Part shown: piece after piece, positions 12,965 through 25,981 of the stretch
Layout of the letters: every line of letters begins with the position of its first letter
How positions within the stretch are numbered: the stretch's first letter is position 1
From: Macrostomum hystrix
Taxonomy: Eukaryota; Animalia; Platyhelminthes
Direction of reading: 5' to 3'
Assembly: GCA_950097015.1 (NCBI GenBank)
Contig: CATNEN010000030.1
Coordinates: forward strand, 620,001-684,000
DNA length: 64,000 nt
Notes under the pieces: generated by a model
Database searches by the model: none
What the model was told of the DNA's origin: nothing
Seen by the model: the letters and a program-made list of their open reading frames with translations, nothing else
Program-made: the position numbers and the translations under genes

Positions 12965-14680
12965 AGGCTTTACCCCGATTCACAGAAACACTGACTCTCC
13001 GAAACCCAGATTCACAGAAACCCAGATTCACAGAAGCACTGACTCTCCGAAACCCAGAATCATAGAAACACTGACTCTCCGAAACCCAGATTCACAGAAA
13101 CCCAGATTCACAGAAACACTGACTCTCCGAAACCCAGATTCACAGAAACCCAGATTCACAGAAACCCAGATTCACAGAACCCAAGATTCACAGAAACACT
13201 GACTCTCCGAAACCCAGATTCACAGAAACCAAGATTCACAGAAACACTGACTCTCCGAAACCCAGATTCACAGAAACCAAGATTCACAGAAACACTGACT
13301 CTCCGAAACCCAGATTCACAGAAACCCAGATTCACAGAAACCCAGATTCACAGAAACCAAGATTCACAGAAGCACTGACTCTCCGAAACCCAGAATCATA
13401 GAAACACTGACTCTCCGAAACCCAGATTCACAGAAACCCAGATTCACAGAACCCAAGATTCACAGAAACACTGACTCTCCGAAACCCAGATTCACAGAAA
13501 CCCAGATTCACAGAAACCCAGATTCACAGAAACCAAGATTCACAGAAGCACTGACTCTCCGAAACCCAGAATCATAGAAACACTGACTCTCCGAAACCCA
13601 GATTCACAGAAACCCAGATTCACAGAAACCCAGATTCACAGAAGCACTGACTCTCCGAAACCCAGAATCACAGAAACACTGACTCTCCGAAACCCAGATT
13701 CACAGAAACCCAGATTCACAGAACCCAAAATTCACAGAAACACTGACTCTCCGAAACCCAGATTCACAGAAACCCAGATTCACAGAAACCCAGATTCACA
13801 GAACCCAAGATTCACAGAAACACTGACTCTCCAAAACCCAGATTCACAGAAACCCAGATTCACAGAAACCAAGATTCACAGAAACACTGACTCTCCGAAA
13901 CCCAGATTCACAGAAACCCAGATTCACAGAAACCCAGATTCACAGAAACCAAGATTCACAGAAGCACTGACTCTCCGAAACCCAGAATCATAGAAACACT
14001 GACTCTCCGAAACCCAGATTCACAGAAACCCAGATTCACAACCCAAGATTCACAGAAACACTGACTCTCCGAAACCCAGATTCACAGAAACCCAGATTCA
14101 CAGAAACCAAGATTCACAGAAACACTGACTCTCCGAAACCCAGATTCACAGAAACCCAGATTCACAGAACCCAAGATTCACAGAAACACTGACTCTCCGA
14201 AACCCAGATTCACCGAAACCCAGAATCATAGAAACACTGACTCTCCGAAACCCAGATTCACAGAAACCCAGATTCACAGAAACCAAGATTCACAGAAACA
14301 CTGACTCTCCGAAACCCAGATTCACAGAAACCCAGATTCACAGAAACCCAGATTCACAGAAACACTGACTCTCCGAAACCCAGATTCACAGAAACCCAGA
14401 TTCACAGAAACACTGACTCTCCGAAACCCAGATTCACCGAAACCCAGAATCATAGAAACACTGACTCTCCGAAACCCAGATTCACAGAAACCCAGATTTA
14501 CAAAAACACTGACTCTCCGAAACCCAGATTCACAGAAACCCAGATTCACAGAAACACTGACACTCCGAAACCCAGATTCACAAAAACACTGACACTCCAA
14601 AACCCAGATTCACAGAAACCCTGACTCTCCGAAACCCCTTTTTGCCGAAATCCCGATTCACAGAAACCCCGATTCACCGA
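12965..14680. repeat. Compound minisatellite of two 16-bp units (GAAACCCAGATTCACA / GAAACACTGACTCTCC)
   Basis: Units alternate in 32-64-bp higher-order blocks. Confidence 0.95.
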
Positions 14681-15719
14681 GTCAACGAAACTTGCAGAAT
14701 TGCCTCTTTCTGGCAGCGGGTCTACTGTTACCTAATTCCTAAAACTGATGTTTTTATTATTGATTGGTGTCGAAAAACAACTCAAACGGCAAGCTTAATT
14801 AAAGCCTGTATAGTACTGAAAATACAAATTTATTGATTTATATTTTTCTTGATTTCGTATGCGCTATAAAATACATACTAATTTGCTCTATTTTAAAACC
14901 TCTGGTGTTACAGTACTTTTAACTCGTTTTTATAAAGCACTGCAGGAACCATTAACCTGGTGCTAAATACAACGGCCAATTTCTGACCGAATTCGAAAAT
15001 AATGTAGAGCATATGTTTAACTTTCTCAGTTTTTAAAGGGGTTTTTGTGAGCTTGTAGTTTTTGGGTGTGTTTAAACTTGTCTCCGCATATCTAGTGATC
15101 TAGTGATAAGTTAGTACTTCTCTTACTTATAAGGTGCCAACGGAAAGCATGGACGCAAGCGCCACTTAAACACTGAAAAACAGATCCATAATACATGGCG
15201 ACCAATCGTATAATTCTGAATTTTTCTGCAAAATATTTTACCAACTGGTTTGAACTGGATCATGTAACGATGATTTTGAATGCATATTTATTTTTTCTAT
15301 GTTTCCTCACCCACAATTTGTAGCTGTACGACATTTTCATTTTAGTTGCAGAGTGCAGGATTAATGAGAGAGCCGATACTAGGCGCGCAGCTCCACGCGC
15401 AGGCATAGCTGCTCCCGTGAAACAGTCCCAGGTATATTAATTAGTAAGCTATAGGATATGACCTGTTGCGTGAAGGAGCTATTAAACTGCAGTTCATGCA
15501 TCATTTTGTCGGCAAAACGCTCTCATACCAGTGGGAGACTTCACCTAGCCTTCAATTTTTTGTTAACTATTCGTAGTCTCAGTTTGTGTTGGTAAGTTTG
15601 TGCACCTACTAAAACTTTGTATCTTTTATTATAAATAAAAGAACGTAACGCTTCTAAAACAAAAAATATTAATAACAATGATAATATGGTAAGTAATAAT
15701 ATTAATAATTTTTGCATGA

Positions 15720-15925
15720 CGGCAGCCAGCGAGGAGGAAATCCTGCCCATTCCGCTGACTCCTGAGCACACACAGTTTCGTTAAGCAGGCACGGACCGTA
15801 GGGTGTACATTTGCCCTGAGGGCCTCAGAGGTTGGCCGTCAGGGGAGTAGATTTCACCAAAGCCTCAACCCTTTCCCCATAACCTTGCCGCGGAATCGAG
15901 CTAAAGGACCTTGGTGCGAGACGCA
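15720..15925 (-). mobile_element. SINE family A copy (rearranged/partial)
   Basis: GCAGCCAGCGAGGAGGAAATCCTGCCCATTCCGCTGACTCCTGAG (3' stem-loop) and CCTTGCCGCGGAATCGAGCT...GGACCTTGGTGCGAGA (head). Confidence 0.7.
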
Positions 15926-16370
15926 AACAGAAACGTCACTTTTTGGCTCAGTAATAATTTTCGTTTACTTTTGGGCTAAATTTGTTAATTGGTTATCACT
16001 AGCAAAATTTTCGTTAACTCATATGATTCAAAAGGAAAGTTTTGTCAAAAACAAATTAGCAAAAGTTTATTGGCAATAAGCCAAATGTGTCTTAGCAACG
16101 CAACTATTTTATGCAGCTGGATGGAAGGAAATAAGCACCTGCAGCACATTTGAGCATATTCGTATGTGCTCATTGACGTGTGCACAATCAATTGTGAAAA
16201 GTTGCCAGAGTGCACGGGGGCAGGTACTTTATACGTTTTTCTTCAAGCGCTCCAGCTTTTCTCGGCCATCACTGCTGCAGCTGTATACGAACACAGTTTC
16301 TCTGTATCTGTCGCTGTCAACTAGATTTGCACTCTGCACTCAGAACTGTTTTCTCGCAGATTCGTAAGTG

Positions 16371-18461
16371 ATGAACTGCAACAACACAGCTGGCAGCCGG
16401 CAGTGGGAGGTGCGCAAGCATTGGCACGAATTCCTGGTGACGTCTTCCGTCCGCGGTTTGAAACGAACGACCACTTCTGAGACTCGCTTCCTGCGCCTGT
16501 TCTGGGTTGCATTCCTGCTCGCGTCACTGGTGCTGATGCTCTACCAGATCGTTTCGGTGATTGAGACCTACGTTGCGCAGAAGGATTCCACCGCCATGCA
16601 GAGCAAGCGGCTGGACATCTTGGTACCGTTCCCGGCGGTGTCTGTCTGTCGCGAGGCTGCCTACGCTTCCCACGAGGAGGTGAGGCAGGCGATGCTGCGA
16701 CACAACGCCTCAGTCACCACGCGGCATGACTACAGCCGTCGCGTGGCTGACCTGATCATTAGAAACATTCAGAATGTCAGCAATATGAGCCAGGCGGAGC
16801 TAGACCTGGCGCAGATGACAATACTCATGTTTGACACTTCGCGGTCGTACCAGGTGTGTTCATGACTATGCAGTACTGTTGAATTATTTACTGCACTAGT
16901 GAAGCTCGTGTGAGTAGTAGAGAAACCTTACTATTAGTACTTGTGAGTAGTATGAGTAAGGATTGATATTAGTTTTATTCCTACCCTGCAATGGCACTAT
17001 TTGTTTTGCATTTAATGTAAAGTATCATTCTTGCAATGCGATGCACATGCACTTTGCACATCACAGCTTTAATCGTAATTCATCGCACCACAGGCGCAGG
17101 TTCCTAGAGCCGCCATCAAGTCAGTCGCTCTGCCCCTGATTCGCCAACTGGCTGCAGCCCGTGCGAACTTCGATAACGGCAGCTCGGTCATCCTGACCTT
17201 CAATATGGACATTCTCGGTCTGGACCCTGCAAACCACACTCCGAGCTCCAGCTTCGATGCTGAGCTGAGCGGCATACGAGTCCGCGACTTCTATCACTGG
17301 CGTTACTTCCTGTGCCAGACCATGGAGCTCACAATGTCTGAGGAGGACCAGGGTGACTTGCAAAGCCTCGACCTCCTGCTCTGGCACACGACCCCTAGTT
17401 TCAACACCAGTGGCCCTGGAGCTGAAGACCGTGCCTTCCCAATGAGCGGCCTGTGGTCTGCCGACGGCATCCGCCTTGCATTGCACCCGGCCGGCCAGCA
17501 CGGCAGAGTACATATCGACAACAACGGCATGCTGGTGCAGAGTGGTGGCTACACGGATATTCGCTTCAGTCCAAGTGTGACCAGGTAGGACAGGCTTAAG
17601 CTGATCCCCCTGTTCATAAAGAGTGTGGGAGTGGTGGAAGAAATTTGTTCGAAATATCGAAATGTGAACAGTTCAGCGCGCTCTACAGGTACCTGAACTG
17701 CTCCGATCAGCAGCTAGTTCACGGAGATCAGGGCCCTTACAATTACAATCTGAACGACTGCAAGTACCTCAGCTTTGACCGGGCCCTGCGTCAGAAGTGC
17801 AACTGCACTTTAGGACCCCCTGGCCTGGGACTGGCGCCAGTGCGCGCGGATCGACTGGGACAGCCTGGAGAACTCCGACTGGGGCAGCTGCATGGGAACC
17901 GCCGAGTGGAGCCGCGACTCCTGCGCCAGACCGGCCTGTACGCAGACTGACTTCTACTGCGAAACGGCGTTCGCGCCGTGGAACATCAACGACTACCAGT
18001 GGAGCTGGATTATCGACATCTTGCTCAACCGTGACGAGTCTCTGCCCAGGTATCTTGCCGTGTCGCAACTGGGAGACAGAGCTAACGACATCGACTACAG
18101 TGCCAAGGCTATGCAAATGTTCCGAAATGCCAAGGACAACCTGGTGTCGCTCACCATCCACAGGCAGAGTGGCTTGGTCTCTTATCAACAGGAGGTCCGC
18201 CTCACCAGCATTGCGAATCTGTTCAGCAGCTGCGGTGGCGCCATGTCGCTATTCATGGGCATCACCTTGACTCTGCTGGCCGAGTTCTTTGAGTTCATCT
18301 ACCAGCTTTGTCGCCAGGGCTGTCGGCGAAGGGCGACTTCAACTACTCTGTCTCCGTTGTCGCTGAAGGAGCTGCAGGATGCCTCTACTGATGGCTCAGT
18401 TGCAATGCCGCAGGCAGTGGTGCCAGTCACAATGACCACCATGGAAGTGCAGCCGCTGTAA
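16371..18461 (+). CDS. DEG/ENaC (ASIC-like) two-TM ion channel subunit with one apparent frameshift
   Basis: Exons 16371-16853, 17094-17584 and 17689-18461. TM1 LFWVAFLLASLVLMLYQI is followed by VPFPAVSVC, a Cys-rich thumb (DC...QKCNC...C...C..PAC) and TM2 LFSSCGGAMSLFMGITLTLLAEFFEF. There is a +1 shift at ~17810-17813. Confidence 0.85.
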
Positions 18462-18639
18462 CTTATCCTAATCTCACTGAGCAGGAACTGTGACAGGTCG
18501 TTATTAACAGTAGAAAGAACACGCTATTTTTCCCCTGGGGAAATATCACGGAGGGTATTACAAATACCCACCGCCTACTTCACGATAGCTCCCAAACCGA
18601 ATGACCGATTTTCGTGAAAGTCCACCATGTAGATCAAAT

Positions 18640-19760
18640 TTTTCCACCCTTTACGATGAACTAATTTTTGGCGCTGCTCCGGCGTGAACAAGGTGACGCT
18701 GCACTTATTGTATGAGATCTTCAGTTGCATTTCCACCAGGAAGTTTGCCAGCGTGTTGCAGTAATCGTTTAGTTCTCTCTCTATCGTCTGGATGTTGACG
18801 GCCGTCGTCAGTCGGATCGCCTGGTGTCGGTGTAGCGGGCTAATCGAACTAGAGGAAAAAGATTGGCCGGTAGGAGGCGCCGTCTTCTGGGTCTTTCCCG
18901 TCCTTTAACAGCGGACAGATAAGCGACTTCTTCCACATCGTTGGAATTCAGTTGCATCTCAGGGTGTCGTTGATCAACTGGGTCAGCGTGCCGCAGGCGA
19001 TTGGGCCCAGATGTTTAAACAATAGCGGACAGAGCCCGTCTGGACCCATGCCTTTCAATGCTTTCATGCCGGCAATGCATTTGGCAATTTCTTCAGTTCG
19101 AGAATGATGGTGGGTCCTCACCAACCAGCTTCTTGATGCGCCGGCGGAGGAAGCGGGTGTCCTTGTAGGAGGTGTGTGGTCTCGGGTTCGTGAACTGTTT
19201 GTTGAATTTATTGGCTGTCGCCGTGTCTGAGCCGACCGGCTTGCTGTTAGAAATTGATGTTCACGTTCGGATTCGGTGGCTCTTTGCCGCTGAGCCGCTT
19301 CAGCGTGGACCAGAGGTTTGACGTTCTGGCGCGACTGGTGAGGCCTCTGGTGAATTCCCTCCACTTCGCCCTCTTGTCTTCGTCATAGCGATGTTTGATC
19401 TCGTTGTTCGGAGCGGGAATTCGCTCACTGGTAGGATCATTGGTGCGCCGGGTGGCACCGCCAGTTTCTGGGTCTTGAATCTGCCTTGAGGGATAGCCTT
19501 CTTCCCTGCCAAAAGGATGGCTTCTCTAATTGCCATCTCATCAATTTGCGGGTTGCCCGTGCCTGTGCCGTGCCTGTGAAGAGCGCCCAGTCTGCTTTGG
19601 AGAGGTTTATGAACACTTTAGCTGGACGGTAGGCCAAGTGCAGATAATTGGAAGATTGGTCGCTGGAAGATGGTCGGTCGGTACAGGTAGGCTGACAGCA
19701 GCAGGTCCTGGTGGATGATAGTGACTTCACGTTGGGAGCCGGTGACTGTTCCGGCACTGA
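18640..19760 (-). mobile_element. Degenerate, internally deleted non-LTR retrotransposon (APE-RT LINE, I/Jockey-like group)
   Basis: Minus-strand motifs: SSD...INLSKADW (end of APE), KWREFT...LWSTLKRLSGK, KGMGPDGL, IPTMWKKSLICPLLKDGKDP...SYRPI. It then jumps to post-YxDD sequence (ERELNDY...LKISYNKCSVTLF). Stops and frameshifts are present. Confidence 0.8.
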
Positions 19761-20734
19761 CAGGAAGTCGAATAGGCTGATTTCCACCTCCGCGGCAATC
19801 ATGTCACCCCCGGGAGTAGCCTCGACTTCCGACGAGTCAGCATCGTCGGGATATTCAGCGATTCTTGTCGAAGACTCTGATGACAAGGACAAATAACTAT
19901 ATATAGACAAAGGAGCTCTATATATAAACCTCTTTGGCGAATCAATATTGGTTAAAAAATACAATATAATCAACAATGCAACGCTGCGTCCGTCGGACCG
20001 CCCTGCAGATAAGTCAAGTCAACAATGCTAGCCGACATTGTTGCATTTGAAATTTTGTAAGATTTGTGAAATTTTGACACCAGACACCCCGACACGAATC
20101 GTTGAATATCTCGACGATGCCGCTGTTTTGTGATTCTGGAAGCTGTTTCATCGGATAGAGCAGAAAATCTTAGGCTGTGTTGTGCTTTTTCATGACGAAT
20201 ATTTTAGGAGATACAGAAGAAATGTGGGTATTTGAAATACCTTAACGTCTTTCTACTGTTAAAACGATGTGAAAGGATTGCTCAACTTTCCGGTCTACAA
20301 CTTTTCAGTCGCACACCTGAAAGGTTGACCAAGCTACTTCTAAGTAGGGTGAAAATAACAGAAGGAGCAAATTATAAATAAATTAAGAGTTTGCTTGTAT
20401 TTAAAAAAGTATTTGGATCTTTTTTACTACTCAATTAGACTCACGAGCCTTAGTTGATACACGAATTCTTTCAGGTGATTATAATTGTGTTAAAATCTCA
20501 TCGTTTTTTTTTCGTTTTTTGCGTGTTGTCTGGAACAGTAAGACAGAAAAATCAAATTTTAACTAATAAATCATTCAGTTGTCGTGCACGGTGACTGGCA
20601 CTGTGACATTCTGGTACAGCACACATAATGTACGACACACATCTGTGCCGTCTCACATAATGTGCACGACTTTTCCAGAGCAAAACAAAGACCTATGTGC
20701 TAGTTTAATGATCCTTACACAGTTGAGTTATGAG

Positions 20735-21960
20735 GGCTGATCCTCACACGGTTGTTAAGGCTGATCCTCACACGGTTGTTAAGGCTGATCCTCACGCGGT
20801 TGTTAAGGCTGATCCTCACACGGTTGTTCAGGCTGATCCTCACACGGTTGTTAAGGCTGATCCTCACACGGTTGTTAAGGCTGATCTTCACACGGTTGTT
20901 AAGGCTGATCCTCACACGGTTGTTAAGGCTGATCCTCACACGGTTGTTAAGGCTGATCCTCACACGGTTGTTAAGGCTGATCCTCACACGGTTGTTAAGG
21001 CTGATCCTCACACGGTTGTTAAGGCTGATCCTCACACGGTTGTTAAGGCTGATCCTCACGCGGTTGTTAAGGCTGATCCTCACACGGTTGTTCAGGCTGA
21101 TCCTCACACGGTTGTTAAGGCTGATCCTCACACGGTTGTTAAGGCTGATCTTCACACGGTTGTTAAGGCTGATCCTCACACGGTTGTTAAGGCTGATCCT
21201 CACACGGTTGTTAAGGCTGATCCTCACACGGTTGTTAAGGCTGATCCTCACACGGTTGTTAAGGCTGATCCTCACACGGTTGTTAAGGCTGATCCTCACA
21301 CGGTTGTTCAGGCTGATCCTCACACAGTTCATTGTTGTTAATGCTGATCCTCACACGGTTGTTAAGGCTGATCCTCACACGGTTGTTAAGGCTGATCCTC
21401 ACACGGTTGTTCAGGCTGATCCTCACACAGTTCATTGTTGTTAAGGCTGATCCTCACCAGGTTCACAGTTTTTAAGGCTGATCCTCACACGGTTGTTCAG
21501 GCTGATCCTCACACAGTTCATTGTTGTTAAGGCTGATCCTCACCAGGTTCACAGTTTTTAAGGCTGATCCTCACACGGCTCATAGTTGTTAATGATCCTC
21601 ACACGGCTCATAGTTGTTAATGATCCTCACACGGCTCATAGTTGTTAATGATCCTCACACGGCTCATAGTTGTTAATGATCCTCACACGGCTCATAGTTG
21701 TTAATGATCCTCACACGGCTCATAGTTGTTAATGATCCTCACACGGCTCATAGTTGTTAATGATCCTCACACGGCTCATAGTTGTTAAGGCTGATCCTCA
21801 CACGGCTCATAGTTGTTAATGATCGTCACACGGCTCATAGTTGTTAATGATCCTCACACGGCTCATAGTTGTTAATGATCGTCACACGGCTCATAGTTGT
21901 TAAGGCTGATCCTCACACTGCTCATAGTTGTTAATGATCCTCACATGGTTTATAGTTGTA
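20735..21960. repeat. 24-bp minisatellite (GGCTGATCCTCACACGGTTGTTAA) grading into 28-31-bp variants
   Basis: Visible tandem units. Confidence 0.96.
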
Positions 21961-23554
21961 AGGGCTAACCTTAAAAGTCCACGGGTGACAAATGCTTTTG
22001 GCCACAGTTGTACTTTTGTTGTTTTCAAAGCATGAAATCAGAACTAGATGTCAATAGAGTGTTGGGATAGTGAATTTGCTAGTCTAATTATCAATAAGAG
22101 GAATATCAAATCACCTGGAAGCCTATGAATATATAAATGTCAATTTCAACCAAAAATAGCTGAAATTATTAATAAAGAAAAGAAGCCTAACTTAGCAGGT
22201 GCTTTTTCCTTTTTGATGTTAGCCGATTTAGGTGCTCATTGTCTTAGCTGCGGGAAGAAATAAATGAATACAAAAGAATGCAGTCTCAAAGAAAACTAGA
22301 GCGAATACTCAAGATAACTCAATAATGCTACTCACGCGAGACATACAGGCTCAGTATTTGGCTTTGGCTGCTCAGCTAGTCCTCACCTCCAAAAAAGAAC
22401 TAAGAAATACTGGAAATAGTCAGTGATGAAGGAAGTCAGGAAGCTGGATTTGAAAAAATAAAGGGCCTGGACTGGGACCCTATTGCTTGCCGACAATGAG
22501 ACTTCTGTGCTAGGAGAGGCGACAGAAGCGTAGAGACGTGGCACCGATGAATGCAACGCTGACTGACAGAGGGGAGGACGAAAAGAAAAAGTGAGACAGA
22601 TGGGAGAAAAAGCGTTTGGAGGGGAGCTTAATACAATAGATTTTTTGCCCCTGTCTTGCATCGACCCTCGGCGTCAAGTCATTTTTTGGCGTGGCTTGGC
22701 TATGTACAAATAATATTTACTAATAGAAAACTGCGGCGAACAGATAGGGAAAGTTATCGGCTGAGAAATAGGTGCGACCACCCCTGACGGCGCCCCGCTG
22801 GCTGCTGCCCCGCCACCCCGCCACCTCCGCCCAGCTCCGCATGCGGACCTGGCGCACTCTTCAGACAGAAGCGCAGAGGAAAAAAAGATTGTTGCAATGG
22901 CTGGGGGTCTATTGAATGGGAGGGGAGCGATGTGCACGTGGGAAATCAGCGAGGATTCTGGGTGAGTGGATGGCGCTGGGATGGGGCGTCAGGTTGCATT
23001 GAATAATTCAGGCGACTCGTTTAAAACAAAAAACCAGCCGCCCGGATGTTGCCGCCTCGCGCCCAGATCCTCGCCCCACTCAAGGCCCTGTTTAAGAGGC
23101 CTTCTCTATAGGGATGCGAACAGTTTGGGAGAATAAAGTCTGGGCCAACTTTTCATGGCGAATGCTGAGAGTGAGCACAATGGCTGGGCTGGTTTGTCGG
23201 TGAGGCGTTGAGGCATTGTCCTTTCCTATCGTAAAAACCCTTTGAGCCGGGCTTCTATACCATAGGATCCCGGACCCGCCTAGTAAACGTTTGTGGTTAC
23301 TGCGGTTCCATGCAATTAATATCTCCAGATGATCAATAATTTCATTAATTTTTGTGGCTCTCTTCATAGTCATGGTGCGGGCCGTAATTTGCATGCCTAT
23401 CGAGTCCATTTTCACAAGCCAATCTGAAGCAATATTCACCTGAAATAATAGACAGCGACCTGATATACGCGTATTAGCATTTGTGCTTTGAACAGAATAG
23501 CTCTGAGCACATTCTGAGCTCCTGCTCTGAGAAACACACTGAACTAGTAGAGTC

Positions 23555-24422
23555 ACACTGGACTTGCAGAGTCACACTGGACTTGCAGAGTCACACTGGA
23601 CTTGCAGAGTCACACTGGACTAATAGAGTCACACTGGACTAGCAGAGTCACTCTGGACTAGCAGAGTCACACTGGACTTGCAGAGTCACACTGGACTTGC
23701 AGAGTCACTCTGGACTTGCAGAGTCACACTGGACTTGCAGAGTCACACTGGACTTGCAGAGTCACACTGGACTTGCAGAGTCACTCTGGACTTGCAGAGT
23801 CACACTGGACTAGCAGAGTCACACTGGACTTGCAGAGTCACACTGGACTAATAGAGTCACACTGGACTAATAGAGTCACACTGGACTAGCAGAGTCACAC
23901 TGGACTAACAGAGTCACACTGGACTAGCAGAGTCACTCTGGACTAGCAGAGTCACTCTGGACTAGCAGAGTCACTCTGGACTAGCAGAGTCACACTGGAC
24001 TTGCAGAGTCACACTGGACTTGCAGAGTCACACTGGACTTGCAGAGTCACACTGGACTAATAGAGTCACACTGGACTAGCAGAGTCACTCTGGACTAGCA
24101 GAGTCACACTGGACTAACAGAGTCACACTGGACTAATAGAGTCACACTGGACTAGCAGAGTCACTCTGGACTAGCAGAGTCACACTGGACTAGCAGAGTC
24201 ACACTGGACTTGCAGAGTCACACTGGACTTGCAGAGTCACACTTGAATAACAGAGTCACTCTGGACTAGCAGAGTCACACTGGACTAATTGAGTCACTCT
24301 GGACTTGCAGAGTCACACTGGACTAGCAGAGTCACACTGGACTAATTGAGTCACTCTGGACTAGCAGAGTGACACTGGACTAGCAGAGTCACACTGGACT
24401 AACAGAGTCACACTGGACTAAT
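23555..24422. repeat. 19-bp minisatellite (CAGAGTCACACTGGACT[TG/AG/AA])
   Basis: Visible tandem units. Confidence 0.96.
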
Positions 24423-25599
24423 AGTCGCACATCTCAAAACATTTAGTCACATCCTACGGCAGAGTTTAGAAATATTTTAGCCGGTCATAGCTCGTGTTTG
24501 CAAAGTGGGATACTATCTTCACAAATATCTGCCATATTAGCCGCAGTGTTGATGGAATTAGCGACGCCATCCTGGCGCAGGTGCCCCTCATTAGCCCAGT
24601 GTCGCAGCAGACCACACCCGCACCTAGCGCTATAAACACTGGCCAGGTGTGTCAGAGAAAACTGTTGCAAATTCCTGAGCAGCTGAGTGGGCGGATCAAC
24701 TGAAATTTTTGTCACCGACCTCAGGCCAAACAGTGCTGTAGTAGTCAACAATGACTATCTATTGAGCATATTTTTATTTGACTGAGCACTGATCATAGAA
24801 GAGTTTCTTGATCCATGGTTTGAGCAGGCATAGGGTTCTATAGAAAGAGACAGACATACAGTTGACAGGAGGAATTCAATCGGTTTAGAGCGACTGTTTA
24901 GAGCCTGTTTAGTACCGGAGATGGGGAGGGGCTGCAGAGGTGGTGGTACAAGGTAGCTCACTATGGGGAGTTTTGTTGCCATTGTTTTCTGTCTCGCGGC
25001 TCAGGCATGCAGTGCACTGCTTGGCGCTGGCCCTGACCCTATGTCCCACCCTCCCTTGTCTGCTCTCCAACCTGCGGCGGACGAAAGGGAAGAGCACTTG
25101 CCTAACCAAGGGCAGTTGGGAATAAAATTGTGGGGGCCTATCCATTGGCCTCGCCATTCCCCCCTCCACCCCTTGCGTGTCGTTGGCGACTAAAAGAATA
25201 GAAAAAGAGTGGATTGATGAGATAATATATAGATAGACATTGTTTCAAATTCATTGTAGGCAATTTGCTTCCGGACTCAGAAAACACTGTTCTGTTAAGT
25301 CAGTTTCAAAGTCGCGAAACCGTTCGATAGCTTTTATTCCAAGGGTAAGTCTGCTGGTTTTATTTTCTTGTCCTCAAGAATGCTGAGTCTGCTCCCGTTA
25401 GCTTCTATTCCTAGGACAGGTAGGTAGTTGAAAGGCAGGCAACTGTTTCATTCACCTGCAGCTTCAAATTTTTAATGAGCTGTCAGGGCGGTTGCACTTG
25501 TTCGCAGGAGAGCCAAAATAAATGTTCGATCGGCCCTCTTATCGTTTTCCTCCACTCACGTACTTCGCTTCCCTTCTTGCTTTTTCTTTGACTTTCCGC

Positions 25600-25797
25600 A
25601 CTGCTTCGTGGCCACATTGATTTTTGGCGCAGCCGCGGAGCGAATGCTTGTGGCTTGTCGTGCAATTTATGTTCATCATGGTGTACTCAGACAATTAAAC
25701 CTGCACGTCTGTGTGCCCAGCTGTGCTATCAGCAGAGTCTGACTAGGAGTCAGCAGAATGGCGAAATCCCCTTTCGCTGGTTGCGGGTCGACTGTCT
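25600..25797 (+). mobile_element. Degenerate SINE family A copy
   Basis: GGCCACATTGATTTTTGGCGCAGCCGCGG...GGCTTGTCGTGCAATTTATG and GGAGTCAGCAGAATGG...TCGCTGGTTGCGGGTCGAC. Confidence 0.6.
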
Positions 25798-25981
25798 CGA
25801 ACTGACGCGCCAGGGCCCACAGCTCCATGCAAAGTTTATTATATTTTCCCATGCAAATCATTCAATTCAAAACTGAAAATCATTCTCATCATTCAAAACT
25901 TCTGATTGCGTACCGTAGCAGACAGAATACCCTGATATTTCAGTCGCTGATTTTCAGACAAACCGCAACCTGGCCTGAGGC

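Noticed and set aside
20715-21444. Long repetitive ORFs (also 4764, 5611, 12921, 44575-45075, 55168, 56646-56980, 60642-61079)
   Set aside because: They arise from stop-free minisatellite units, are open in several frames, and lie in introns or intergenic DNA.
23092-25193. Several 60-150-aa ORFs between the 19-bp array and the SINE
   Set aside because: No motifs, no consistent splice structure and no codon bias.
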